Notes: generated by a model from the letters alone, not told the origin. A DNA stretch of 63,464 nucleotides, filler included, from Octopus bimaculoides (GCF_001194135.2; 3 parts of 2 records of this genome joined end to end with filler, not necessarily neighbours in it), one strand, 5' to 3'; counted from the whole stretch's first letter, positions 26,926-40,761 are shown. A program made the numbers and translations.

Positions 26926-27550
26926 CATTTGTCTACTCACCAATATATATATATATACATATATATATTCCTTTACTTGTTTCAGTCATTTGAATGTGGC
27001 TATGCTGGAGCCAATAAGTTAAGTACCAGTTGCATACTGGGGCTGATCTAATCAACTGCCCCCACCAACCCAAATATGTCTTTACGTTCTGAGTTCAAAT
27101 TCCGCCGAAATCAACTTTGCCTTTCATCCTTTCAGCGTCAATATATTAAGTACCAGTTGCATACTGGGGTCGGTCTAATCGACTGCCCCCACCACTCCAA
27201 ATTTCGGGCCTTGTGCCTAGAGTGGAAAAGAATATTTTAATCAGGAATGTCATACTAGAGATGTCACCTTCTCGATGCGGAGAAGTGGAGGTTCAGCCTG
27301 GAGAAACTCCTTGATTATCAGGTAACAGCATTTTGTCCAAGGTAGAAACAAACTTTTGAACCTTCACTGCTATACAGGCACTTTATGATTATTAAGTTAA
27401 ATACATTAAGGAAAATTTCTTTTTGAGTAATCTTCAATAAAACAGGAAAAAGAAAGGAGGCAAATCCAGTACAAACACCTGTTTCCATTACTTGGTAAGG
27501 TAGTTTTACAGATATTCTATAGAAATTGTAGCCAGTATGTTCAGGGATAA

Positions 27551-28508
27551 TTAACCCTTTTGAGACCATATTTCTGTTGAGATGCTCTGTGTTTCTTTCA
27601 ATTAATTTTAAATACAACAAAGAATTTAGTAAAATAACTTAGTTATCATTAAGCTGGTGTTAGGAACATAAATTGTGACTAAGGTTTGGTGGAAGATTTG
27701 AATTCGAAACTTTTGAATACAAAACATTTGTACGACAGAGGCAAAAGCAGTTTCAACCAGGTTTGTATCAAAAGAATTATAAATATCATGGTGACTTTAA
27801 CGCTTTTGTTAGCATATTTCTGTTGAGATGCTCTGTGTTTCTTTCGATTAATTTCAAATATAACAAAGAATTTAGTAAAATAACGTAGTTATCATTAAGC
27901 TAGTGTTAGGAACATAAATTGTGACGAACGTTTGGTGGAAGATTTTAATTCAAAACTTTTTGAAAACAAGGTATTAGTACTACAGAACCAGAGGTGGTTT
28001 CAACCAGGTTGGTATCAAAAGGGTTAAAAATATCATGGTGACCTTAACCCTTTTGTTACCGTATTTCTGTTGAGATGCTCTGTGTTTCTTTCAATTAATT
28101 TTAAATATAACAAAGAATTTAGTAAAATAACTTAGTTATCATTAAGCTGGTGTTAGTAACATAAATTGTGAGGAAGGTTTGGTGGAAGATTTTAATTCAA
28201 AACTTTTGAAAACAAGGTGTTAGTACTACAGAGCTAAAAGCAGTTTCAACCAGGTTGGTATCAAAAGGATTAAAAATATCATGGTGACTTTAACCCTTTT
28301 GTTACCATATTTCTGTTGAGATGCTTTGTGCAATTAATTTTAAATATAACAAAGAATTTAGTAAAATAACTTAGTTATTAGCCAGTGTTAGGAACATAAA
28401 TTGTGACTAAGGTTGGGTGGAATATTTTAATTCAGAATTTTTGAAAACAAGACATTTGTACTACAGAACCAGAAGCAGTTTCAACCAGGTTGGTATCAAA
28501 AGGGTTAA
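27551..28508 (-). mobile_element. piggyBac-type MITE, tandem tetramer, opposite orientation to 23977-24453
   Basis: Units start at TTAA 27551, 27797, 28044 and 28290; period ~246-247 bp; spacer aaatatcatggtgact. Confidence 0.9.
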
Positions 28509-29105
28509 AACGGTTGGATGGTGCTGATAAAAGGTGCAACCCCACCCCCAAAATATGACATGTACACCCATTATCCTTCTCTTATTTCTGATCTCATTGA
28601 TTGTTTATATCTGATGTCTCTTATAGGAAACATTTCAACAAGATTCAGTGCTGGCTATAATTTCTGTGCAATATCTGTAGAGATAGCCTTAACAAGTAAT
28701 GTAAAAGAACACTGCTAACACAGTAGAATGTGGTATTGACTTATAAAAACGTTTCATAGACTTTATAGTATATTATGGTCGCATCATGGAATACAGCATA
28801 CTTACAAGTCATTAGTAAATAGCAGTTTGGTGTCTGATGTGAAGAAGACCAAAACAAAAACAAAAAAAAAGCTGGAAAATGAAAAGGGTTTGAAAGAAGA
28901 ACCACACTGCATCATTCATCGCAGATGAGGAGGAGGAGGATAATGAAGACGAGGAGGAAGATGAGGAGGAGGATATGAGAGTGTGTGTGAGTGCTTGTAC
29001 TTACAATAAGAGAGGAAGGATAAGTGGTGATGGTGGTGGTGATGGTAGTGGTATTGTGGTGCTAATTGTGGTGGTGGTGGTGGTGGTGGAGGCATTGATG
29101 ATTCA

Positions 29106-29205
29106 NNNNNNNNNNNNNNNNNNNNNNNNNNNNNNNNNNNNNNNNNNNNTTAATTAATTAANNNNNNNNNNNNNNNNNNNNNNNNNNNNNNNNNNNNNNN
29201 NNNNN
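29106..29205. other. Artificial scaffold linker N44-TTAATTAATTAA-N44
   Basis: Exactly 100 nt with a six-frame stop 12-mer; identical construct at 47275-47374. Confidence 0.95.
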
Positions 29206-30086
29206 AGGGTGAATTAGTGGAGTAGCTGAAGTGTATTAAGTGTAAAGAAGTGATGAAGTATCGTATCGACGTTCCTAATGACTTCTGGCTATATTATTAT
29301 CGTGTATGTTGTTAACGATATTGTCGTGGATTGTTTTACTCTTGCCTGGTTAACACTATTATAATGTTTGTGTGGCATTGTTGTTAACAGCCGTGCGAAA
29401 AGAAAGAAGATATTTGATATTTCATTATATTACATTTACCAAATATGAAAGCGTGTGTATGTGTACATGCATCTGTGCATGCATGTGTGTGTCTGTGTGT
29501 GTATTTGTTTGTATATCCAATAAACAAGGAGCGTGGGGGACAAAGGATAACACCATGAAGAAAACAAATTAAACAATAGAAACAACCACAAAATCATCAA
29601 CAGCTGCAATAGCAATAATGACAATAATAATAATGATTTCAACATTTAAGTCCAATAATATTATAGAATGTATATTGTGTATATTTGAGTGGTTGTAGAA
29701 GAGGAGGAGGTGGTGATGCTGATGGTGGACGTTTTGGTATCAGCAATGTCTTCTTTCCTTTGCCCCCACCTACCAATTCTCAAACTTGATATTTTACTGT
29801 TTTTCCTTAGATTTTAGGGTCGTTCTCATTTCCTTCTTATTTCTTTGTTACTCGCTCTCTGTCATTTGCCCAGTATTCATTATTAATTATTGCTCCCCCT
29901 ATTTCTCCTCCTTTCCTCTTCTCTCTCCCTAATTCTATCTGTCTATCTATCTGTATGTATATCTGTCTATGTTTTCCCCTACCGCTTTCCATTTCTCACT
30001 TCTTTCCCCCATTGTCTTTTCTTTTCATTTCGTGTTTACCTGTTTCTATTTCCTCCTAAACACCTATTTTTTTATGTCTTAAACGT

Positions 30087-30119
<33 letters not shown>

Positions 30120-30255
30120 ATTTATTTATTTCGTTTTTCTCTTTTTTCTGTTTCGTTTAGTCCCTCTCCTTCTATATGCGCGCGCGCACAGGCACACCTC
30201 CAAAACTTCCTAAATATTACTTTGTGGCGCCTACTTAAAATATGTTATATGCATA

Positions 30256-30295
<40 letters not shown>

Positions 30296-30447
30296 CATAC
30301 ATATACGTTTATAATACATAATATGTTATATACATACACACAAATGCACATACATACATATACACATATATATGTGCCTTTTTGAGTGTGTATGTGTGTG
30401 TGTGTTTTGTCTGTGTGTGAGAGAGAGATAGAGTGAGATAGGGAGAC

Positions 30448-30506
<59 letters not shown>

Positions 30507-31050
30507 GTTTGTTTATTCCATCGGTATTCAGAGTTTCCAGCTCGATACGATCCTTCAAAAATATATCAGAAATCAATTGGACTCCATTGTCCTGTGAAGG
30601 ATCATATTGAGCGGCGTTTTTCTTTTTGTAGTGACAGAGTGAATAACCACGTATCTACAAATAAAGTATACTCTACCTTTGAGTGCTTTGCCACGTATGT
30701 TAAACAACATACGTACAGTACATAGATACGTACGTGAGTGTGTGTGTGTGTGTGTATTTGTGTCCAGTACAGACATAAGTGCACACGGATCTACATGTAT
30801 TTCAAATTTTGGTTGAATAAGTTGTTAATGGCGAAACTTGTAGGTCCGAAGTCAAAAGATTTTAGCCTACCATATATATATATATATATATATANNNNNN
30901 NNNNNNNNNNNNNNNNNNNNNNNNNNNNNNNNNNNNNNNNNNNNNNNNNNNNNNNNNNNNNNNNNNNNNNNNNNNNNNNNNNNNNNNNNNNNNNNNNNNN
31001 NNNNNNNNNNNNNNNNNNNNNNNNNNNNNNNNNNNNNNNNNNNATGTGGG

Positions 31051-31104
<54 letters not shown>

Positions 31105-31467
31105 ATATGCATACATACATGCACCCACCGTATGCTGTTCGAATAAGAATGCATTCTTTCGTATCGGTCTGTGAATGACGGGTTTAATGTTTATAGTCGA
31201 CATGAGAGAACGCCAAAGCGCGTGCGTCCTACGATCCAATGACGTCACTCACATTCCAATATGTGTTTTCACACATGTCTTCAAGGAGGAGAATTTTCTC
31301 CCGGTACTATTTCTGCAGGGGAAGGTCTTCTCACGTCTGAACGTACTCGAACGTGATAACTATGACTGTACACGACTACATTTTCTTCATCGTTGCACCT
31401 TGAGACTTAATATATATTTTTTCTCTCTCCGTTTTTTCCCTCCCTCCATCTGTTTCATCTCCTCATT

Positions 31468-31505
31468 TCTTTCTGTAGAAGCGCGCAGGTTCGAAACGTC
31501 GAAGA
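31468..31505 (+). ncRNA. Hammerhead-like motif with variant core (CUGUAGA)
   Basis: tcttt-CTGTAGA-a-gcgc(gcag)gttc-GAAA-CG-TC-gaaga, within a repeat shared with 47590-47760. Confidence 0.5.
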
Positions 31506-31712
31506 CTCTTTCGTTTTTCCTGAAAGTCCAATTAATATACTTTGTTTGTTGTTTCCTCACATATCCTTGTCTTTTGCTTTTTGCTTTTGTACAATTTTGA
31601 ACGATATATATATATATAGTTCAGGATTTGTAAAATTGTGTGTAAATATATTAGTCCTTCAAGTTACATTTTCTGATTTTTACATTTTATTTTTGTATGT
31701 ATGTGTGTATGC

Positions 31713-31754
<42 letters not shown>

Positions 31755-33318
31755 ATGTGAAAGAGAGAATGAGAGGGAGAACAATATACGAAAAGAAATT
31801 GCTGTCCTTTTTTAAAAAAAAGTGCTACGAGATTACATATGAAGCAGAGCATAAACTTGTTTAAAATTATTTTTCACACTCTGAAAATTTTGAATGCATT
31901 TTTCGCTTAAGGTTCTGATTTTTAACAACTAAATTCAAATAAAATAAAAGTTGAATGAATTTCTTAATAAACACCTCTTGTTATTCTTTAATATTTTTCA
32001 TTTAGAAAATAGCGAAGTTAGGGAAAGAGAGAGGGAGCGACAGAAAAAAAGAGAGAATGAGAGAATGAGAGAAGGAGATAGGGAGAATGAATAAAATTTA
32101 GCGTGAAAAAAAATATGTTTGAAAAAGATAGTGAAGAAAATTGTTTTTGCGTATGGCTGACAAAAATGAAGCTGAAATCGCCCCTGACAATGAAAATTTA
32201 ACGACGATAAAATGAGAGGGAATTCACCATTAAAACGTATTTGAATGACCATGAGACTGGTCAATAAAATGAAACTAAAGAATTATAGTTTCTTTTTAAT
32301 AAACTTCTGAACAGGCGATTTTTGTCCTGGTTGATAGCTTGATCACGACCTGCCGGAACTAGATCAGATAGTCGCTGTTTTAATACCGTTGTCGAGATCA
32401 AGAGCGAATCGCAGAAGGCCCTCGACTCGCTTACGGATTCCAAAAGTGACAGGAACGCTGGGACAGGTGTATTGCTACGCAAGGTGACTATTCCGAAGGA
32501 GATGATGTTAAAACTTAGATAAATAAGTTATTTTTTTATTAAACATAACTAGGCTGGGAACTTTCTGATACCACTTTATATACATTTATGCTTCTTTGTG
32601 CCTATGTTTGTTTGCCCTACTGTTTGACAATTGGTGTTAGTTTGTTTACGTCCCCTTAACTTAGCGGCCGATATAATAATTACAGAATCTAAAAATAAGT
32701 TCTGGGGTCGATTTGTTTGGGAAAAACCCTGAAAAGTGTTTCCCTAGCATGGTCACAGTCTAATGACTGAAACAGGTAGAAAATAAAGTTTAAAAAAAAA
32801 AAGAAAGAAAAAAAGAAGAAGAAAAAACGAGAGCTCATATTACATTGTGGAGAAGATAATTAATAATGAATTACTGGCTCAGAAGAATTACTTTATCTGA
32901 AATATTCGTCTGATAAATGATTTTATTGGTGAAAAATCCATTATATTTCAGTTTCTGGACTCTGCTACAAAATAATTAAGACTTTTGCTGAAAAATCAGA
33001 TATCTAAAGCAAAAAATAAAATCATTGCTATACCCTCATCTAAAATTATTTTTGTGGCGTAAAACCACACTTTTTTAGTTCTATTTTATTGTCGGTTCTA
33101 AAACGAACGATCACCTTTAGAACATATAACTCGATATTAACGATCGAAATTTTACTCGATTTATGTTCTATGAAATATTATATGAAAAATGTTTTGAAGT
33201 AGTTTAAAAAGTCTTTATCACGCTCTGAAAATTTTAAATATTGTTTCAATTTAAGAATCTGACAAGAAACAACTTTTATTTTTTTTTTAAATGTTTCAAA
33301 CTGTTTGGCTGACTTTCG

Positions 33319-33386
<68 letters not shown>

Positions 33387-33509
33387 GATATTATTATTAT
33401 TATTAAGATATTTAATTAGTTGAACGATATTTCAACGTACGTCTGACTTTGTCAAGTTCAAAATAAGAAGAAATAAAAATTCAAAATTACAGAAATTTAA
33501 ACGTAAAGT

Positions 33510-33620
33510 ATGAACGAGAGCAACCAGCGTTTCAAACAGATATTCCCTCAACCGCCTATTGTAGCCTTCAGACGGAATAAGAATATAAGAGAATTATTGA
33601 CCTCTATATCTGACTCTAAG
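33510..33620 (+). pseudogene. Penelope-like element RT/EN linker fragment
   Basis: FKQIFPQPPIVAFRRNKNIRELL matches the PLE P-x-V-A-F-R-R-x-x-N-L motif. Confidence 0.7.
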
Positions 33621-33953
33621 AAAACGAACATTGGAGTATCTGCACGCTGTACCTTAAAGACCAGCCGCAAATATATACAAATATATATATACACGCACAC
33701 ACACACATATACATATACATAGGCACACATCTGAAGTATGTTGCACTATGTGTTGACTGTTAGAAGGAAGAGTTCTCGATGTCAGAGTAGAGGTTCATAA
33801 TGATTTTTGTTTTGTATATTGTGGTGGAGCGGGGAGAGAGTCCATCTATTGTTAGTCTGACTTTTGCCTTTGGATGCACAGGAAACTTGCGTTCCCACAG
33901 GCGAAACACAGGATTACAAGAGACTGAATCAATTAAAATAAAAGTAATATGTT

Positions 33954-34007
<54 letters not shown>

Positions 34008-37000
34008 CACTCAGGTATTGGATTGTTTCTGATGAAGAGACTTTTAGTAATCGCGTTTTTGCAGCATAATCTAATGCTATATTTTTTTATTGGGTGCAAT
34101 GCATGTTGTTCTGTTTAAGGGTTTGTTCGACGATGTATTCATATGTTGTGAAGCAATTATATTTGTTTCATATAATATACTTTATATGCATTTTGTTTTA
34201 TTTTACTGAATGCTGTGTCCATTGTATTTAAGATATTGTATATGACTTTATACTGTCGTAGATCTTCTCTATTTTATTCCTATAAGCGTCATTAACTAGC
34301 GTTTATTTCATCTGATTAATCTCGTTGCTGAGTACTGATGCTGCAAAAGAAGAAGAAGAGAATCTCACAAAAATAGCTTGGGTTTGAAATGTTACTTTTA
34401 TGTGGACATTCTGCTGATAACGAATGAGAAACCGACACAACATCGTTCGCGTGTTCTCACCAACAATAAAGCAGTAATGTCAACTGCCATTACAATTTTA
34501 CCACAAAAGCAAATAAAAATAAAACTGAAGCTGAGAATGACAGAAAATGTATGGTTTAAAATGGCTGCCATAAACCACTGTTACTTCCATTATAAGCAAC
34601 CACAGGAGAACGAGCTAACGAGCCTTTTATCGTTTCAGGGTTGATGAAATAAAGCTCCAGTCAAGTACTATATTCTCATCCCAAGTGGCCTCGAGTCTAC
34701 GCCATTGATCAATATTTAGTTGCCTGTCATTATATTCCAAGTTCAAATCTCAGCGGAGTCTATTTTGCCTTTCATCATTTCGGGGTCGATAAAATAAGTA
34801 GTTAATTAGTAGTAGGGGGTGTTTGATTTAATCGATTGCTCCTGCTACGAATCTACACCCACCTGCCCGCATCCCCCACCACTGCCATTGAATATTAAAG
34901 TCTTTTTTTTTTTTTTTATATTAGCACTCATTGTTAAAGCGATGGATCAACAGAAAATCTGTATAGCGCCGAATAAAAGGCAGTAATATATCTTGTTATG
35001 TCACTTTGCGATTTAAGTTCAAATCCCATCGAGGTAGGTTTACCCCTTTATCTTTTCAGGATTGATAAATTAGTAGAACACTGCACTGAATTCTTTATTT
35101 TAGGATGACAATCGTGTTATCAGTAGAAATTGCTTATAGAACGTCAACTCAAGGCTGGTAACTCTGTTTCATATTTTGAATTCCAAATTTTCAAATTTCA
35201 AAACAGAATTAGATTTTATTATGCTAAGTTTAATATTTCGCATTCCTAATACAGAATTTTATTTATATATTCATCGATTTGCAAGACAAATGAGACCCCG
35301 ACAGAATATATTTGAGTGACAGAACTTTGAATTGTTTTTTTGATATAAATAAAATATTTCTATTTTCATATTAGTTATGTTGTGAGGTATTGTTAATATT
35401 ATGAGATTTTTAGTTGCAAACAGAGTACGATTTGTACAAAAGATGTTGGATTTTATTTAACGCAATACATCATATATATTTTTTTATTGTAGGTTGCTTT
35501 TACCTCTATATCTCTTACCTACTAAACATATTTTGACAATGGAGCAGAAGTGTTCTGGTTTCAGTAACTAAACTAATGGATATGTTGTATATAGCGTGCT
35601 TTAAATGTATTTTCAATTGACTACACACATATCCTTTCTGTACAATTTACAAACTAGTTATACATATTCACACATTTACTCACACATAAACACATACATA
35701 CATACATAATACATACATAATACATACATACATACATACATGCATACATACATATATACATACACATAGATACTTACGTACATAATTGCATACATACATA
35801 CATACACTCACATACTCCTACATGCATATATTAACATAGTCCTAACCATTAACATTGAAAGAAAACTTTTTCTAATCACTACCAAGAGTTGAACTTGATA
35901 CCTGTAACAAGAGTTTCATGGTTCAATTCCTGTTAAAGGTTATTATCGTATTGTTTGTTTTTATTTCTTTCAAGTGCAATGTTTTTGGCTTTTGTCTTTT
36001 TTTTTTTTTTTTTTTGCTTCTATATGAATGTTTGTGTGTTGTGTTTTTCACTGTATGTGTACGTATGTGTACGCGTGAGTATATGTGTATATGTATGTGT
36101 GTATAATTTCTATATGCAGTAATCCAATCAATGATCACCTATAATATATTTATCGATATTATTATATTTTTTAAAAAAATAATAATAGAATAATTGGATT
36201 TAGAATCACAAACTGAAACAGAGAACAGCAACAACAACAACAAAAATAATGACGACTACGCAATTATGAAATAACATTAACAACAGCAACAACAACAACA
36301 ACAAAAATCATGTTTTCAAAAACACAAAAAGAAAAGACAACAAACAATAAGAGCACCAACAATCTGTAGATATAATGAAGAAAGGTCTGAAAAGTTTCTA
36401 AGAAATAAAATTGTAAATATGATAAATCAATCATGTTCTTTATCTTAATTACGAAAACGGTGGGGGAGGNNNNNNNNNNNNNNNNNNNNNNNNNNNNNNN
36501 NNNNNNNNNNNNNNNNNNNNNNNNNNNNNNNNNNNNNNNNNNNNNNNNNNNNNNNNNNNNNNNNNNNNNNNNNNNNNNNNNNNNNNNNNNNNNNNNNNNN
36601 NNNNNNNNNNNNNNNNNNNNNNNNNNNNNNNNNNNNNNNNNNNNNNNNNNNNNNNNNNNNNNNNNNNNNNNNNNNNNNNNNNNNNNNNNNNNNNNNNNNN
36701 NNNNNNNNNNNNNNNNNNNNNNNNNNNNNNNNNNNNNNNNNNNNNNNNNNNNNNNNNNNNNNNNNNNNNNNNNNNNNNNNNNNNNNNNNNNNNNNNNNNN
36801 NNNNNNNNNNNNNNNNNNNNNNNNNNNNNNNNNNNNNNNNNNNNNNNNNNNNNNNNNNNNNNNNNNNNNNNNNNNNNNNNNNNNNNNNNNNNNNNNNNNN
36901 NNNNNNNNNNNNNNNNNNNNNNNNNNNNNNNNNNNNNNNNNNNNNNNNNNNNNNNNNNNNNNNNNNNNNNNNNNNNNNNNNNNNNNNNNNNNNNNNNNNN

Positions 37001-37069
37001 NNNNNNNNNNNNNNNNNNNNNNNNNNNNNNNNNNNNNNNNNNNNNNNNNNNNNNNNNNNNNNNNNNNNN

Positions 37070-37072
37070 NGA

Positions 37073-37106
<34 letters not shown>

Positions 37107-37108
37107 GG

Positions 37109-37141
<33 letters not shown>

Positions 37142-37226
37142 CGATGACGATGACGATGGTGATGGTAATGATGATGATGATGATGATGATGATGACGACG
37201 ACGATGATGACGACGACGACGACGAC

Positions 37227-37266
<40 letters not shown>

Positions 37267-37276
37267 GTGGTGGTGG

Positions 37277-37308
<32 letters not shown>

Positions 37309-37480
37309 ATGATGATTATGATGATAGCGACGAGGAGAATAAATGTAGGAAAAAAATTGGCGAGTGCGATGAGTGACAAAAGAAATCAAACTTTGTTGAC
37401 GTCGTCATTAAATCACGATTTGTTTTATCAAAGCAAGGTTTTGTATTTTGAAATTTATCTTATAAATGGGGAAGGAGAGG

Positions 37481-37525
<45 letters not shown>

Positions 37526-37561
37526 AGAAAGTGAGAAAGACTAGGAGAGTGAGAGCAAGAA

Positions 37562-37599
<38 letters not shown>

Positions 37600-37900
37600 T
37601 GAGAGAAAATAAGAAAGAAAGAAAGAAACATGGAAATGTGTCAGAGAGAGGGGGGAAGGAGAAGAGAGAGGAAGAGAGATATGGAGAATGAGGGAGAGAG
37701 AGAGAGAGAGAGGAAACGAATGAAAGGCGGAGAGTGGGAAAGAGAGAAAGGGAGAGAGGAGGTAAAAGAGAGGGGTGTGAGAGGGAGATAGAGAGAAGGC
37801 GAGAAAGAGAGACAGGGAAATAGAGAGAGAAAGGAAGGCGGAGCAAGAGGGAGTTAGGGAGAGACGCGGAGAGATAGGGAGAAAGAGAAACAGACAGATA
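37070..37900. repeat. (GAT/GAC/GGT) mosaic followed by a GA-rich tract
   Basis: Direct reading. Confidence 0.9.
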
Positions 37901-39169
37901 GACATTGAGACAGAGGGATCAAGAGGAAAGACCAACGAGCATTTATTCGGTTCTCAAAGGACAGAAAAATGTCGTTACAAAGGAGGTCCGGTTTGGCGGC
38001 GGGAGAGGCCTTGCATTGCATGGAAATCAGTAAAAATTGAAAAGTAATTATTATAATAATAAACATACAAATAAATAAATAAAATGGAGGTAAAAGAATA
38101 ACATTTTGAGATCAATTTTCCGATNNNNNNNNNNNNNNNNNNNNNNNNNNNNNNNNNNNNNNNNNNNNNNNNNNNNNNNNNNNNNNNNNNNNNNNNNNNN
38201 NNNNNNNNNNNNNNNNNNNNNNNNNNNNNNNNNNNNNNNNNNNNNNNNNNNNNNNNNNNNNNNNNNNNNNNNNNNNNNNNNNNNNNNNNNNNNNNNNNNN
38301 NNNNNNNNNNNNNNNNNNNNNNNNNNNNNNNNNNNNNNNNNNNNNNNNNNNNNNNNNNNNNNNNNNNNNNNNNNNNNNNNNNNNNNNNNNNNNNNNNNNN
38401 NNNNNNNNNNNNNNNNNNNNNNNNNNNNNNNNNNNNNNNNNNNNNNNNNNNNNNNNNNNNNNNNNNNNNNNNNNNNNNNNATATATATATATATATATAC
38501 ATAAATACATATATATAATGCGTATATATATGTGTGTGTGTGGATATATACATACATATTGTCAGTGCTTACATCTATTTATATATATGTATATGAATGT
38601 GCGTTTACTTGTAAGTGTTGTGTCTACTGGTCTGGTTGACTTCTTTATTTGTTTTTGCATATACATACACACATACATACACACATACATACATACATAC
38701 ATACATACATACATACATACATACATACATACACACATACATACACACATACATACATACATACATACATACATAGAGACAGACAGACAGACAAACAGCC
38801 AGATAGATAAATAGATCTTATATATACTCATTTACCTTTGGATAGTGACAAAATTCCGGTGGGTGGTAATTGTGGGGAAGAACGAGTGAACATAGTGCTT
38901 TATGCAGTGCATTATTTTAAGGGAATGTAACACAGATGGGAAGATAGGACGTTGTGTAGCCAATGCAGCGACTCGTCCGCGGCGGCTGTAAAACGAAGGT
39001 TGCTAGTTGAGAAGAGAAGGCCTTTATAGTAACAGTATAAAAGTTAGAGGGGCGAAACAATGCGCGTGAGATGCTCACGACTGAAAAATGTTGAAGTCTT
39101 GTTAATTAGTTGAATAACCTTTAGTTTGTTGGATGTGGTCGAGGATATTTGTCCATGTAACAGCAACAG

Positions 39170-40450
39170 CAATAACGGTAATATTGTCCAAGAATAATTT
39201 GGGTGTTTTATGTATGACCAGTGTATATAAAACATCAGCTGCAGTGTCCTAGATATGTTTGTGCATGTAACAGTAAGAATACTGACATCAACAGTAGCAA
39301 CAACAACAAAAAGCAAATTTCAGGAACTTTTGTGCATGTAATACCTGCATAACTGTCCCAAATATATAACCATTCTGCATATAACAGCAGAAATTCTGTC
39401 CTAGATATATGTGAGTACATGTAATTGAAATAGCATTGGCCTAGATAAATGAACACCGTAACAAGCGCAACACTGTCTTAGATTTGTGAGCGGTGTTTGT
39501 GCATGTAACTGTAGGAAGACTATCCTAGATTTGTGGCCACAATGCATGTAATGGCAGTTACACTGTCCTAAGTATGTGAACAGTGTTTGTGCATGTAACT
39601 GTAGGAAGACTATCCTAGATTTGTGGCAACAATGCATGTAATGGCAGTTACACTGTCCTAAGTATGTGAACAGTGTTTGTGCATGTAACTGTAGGAAGAC
39701 TATCCTAGATTTGTGGCCACAATGCATGTAATGGCAGTTACACTGTCCTAAGTATGTGAACAGTGTTTGNNNNNNNNNNNNNNNNNNNNNNNNNNNNNNN
39801 NNNNNNNNNNNNNNNNNNNNNNNNNNNNNNNNNGGTGTTTGTGCATGTAACTGTAGGAAGACTATCCTAGATTTGTGGCCACAATGCATGTAATGGCAGT
39901 TACACTGTCCTAAGTATGTGAACAGTGTTTGTGCATGTAACTGTAGGAAGACTATCCTAGATTTATGACCAAAGTGCATGTGATGAAAGTAACGCTGTCT
40001 AAGGTATGTGATCAGCATTTGTGCATGTAACTTTAGGAGCACTGTCCTAGAATGTGGCAACTGTACATATAACTGCAGCTACACTGTCCCCAGCATATCG
40101 CAGTTTTTGTGCATCTAACATCCGCAGCACTATCTCAGATATGTGACACTGTGCGGGTAACTTCAGGAACATTGTCCCAGATATGTCAGCAGTATTTGTC
40201 CAGATGTAACATCCCCAGTACTGTCTTAGATATGTGACCACCGTGCCACCGTCCATGTAACAGAAGTTGCGTGGTTCTAAATATGTTCCAGTGTTTGTGA
40301 GTTTGGATGGAACAACAGCAATACTACGTCAGATTTGCGACCATTGTGCATGTAACAGTAGCATCACTGTCCCAGATATTTGCTCCAGATATTTGAACTG
40401 TTTTATCTATATGTAACAACAGCGGTCCTACATATGTGAAGAGTGTTTGC
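39170..40450. repeat. Minisatellite with ~45-bp monomer and homogenised 90-bp dimer core
   Basis: gtgtttgtgcatgtaact at 39493, 39583 and 39673 (period 90); degenerate monomers on both flanks. Confidence 0.9.
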
Positions 40451-40761
40451 ATGTGTTGCATTACCTTTAGCAATGTAACCACTGTTCCAATTGGTCTATT
40501 GACAGCTGAAATATGCTTTTATTTTTGTCGGATGTTCTCTCTGTATATCGAGATCTCTGATTGATAACCAGTAATGAAGTGTCTGGGCTATTCCACACAG
40601 CAACACTGACCTTGATTGATTGATTCATTCATTCATTGATATAACCAGCTTTCTAGTAAAGCCTTCTATGATAGTAGAATATATGTCTCTGTGTGTTTGT
40701 TTGTGTGTGCGTGTGTGTTTGTGTGTGTGAATTTGTTGATGTGTTCAAATTATGTTTGTGC

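Noticed and set aside
23977-28508. Repeat-spacer-repeat pattern as CRISPR-like
   Set aside because: Spacers are identical, repeats are 230-bp TIR elements, and the context is eukaryotic.
30520-30660. Minus-strand open frame IRGYSL...KDRIELETLNTDG after a tttgtAG
   Set aside because: No convincing donor and no recognisable homology.
33760-33923. Minus-strand possible terminal exon SCNPVFRLWERKF...
   Set aside because: Phase-compatible with the 41258 exon, but the joined peptide is unrecognisable and 54 open codons can arise by chance.
39401-40060. Cys/His-rich 30-aa repeat ORF suggesting zinc fingers
   Set aside because: No CxxC-x12-HxxxH spacing; period is 90 bp, not 84; explained by the minisatellite.
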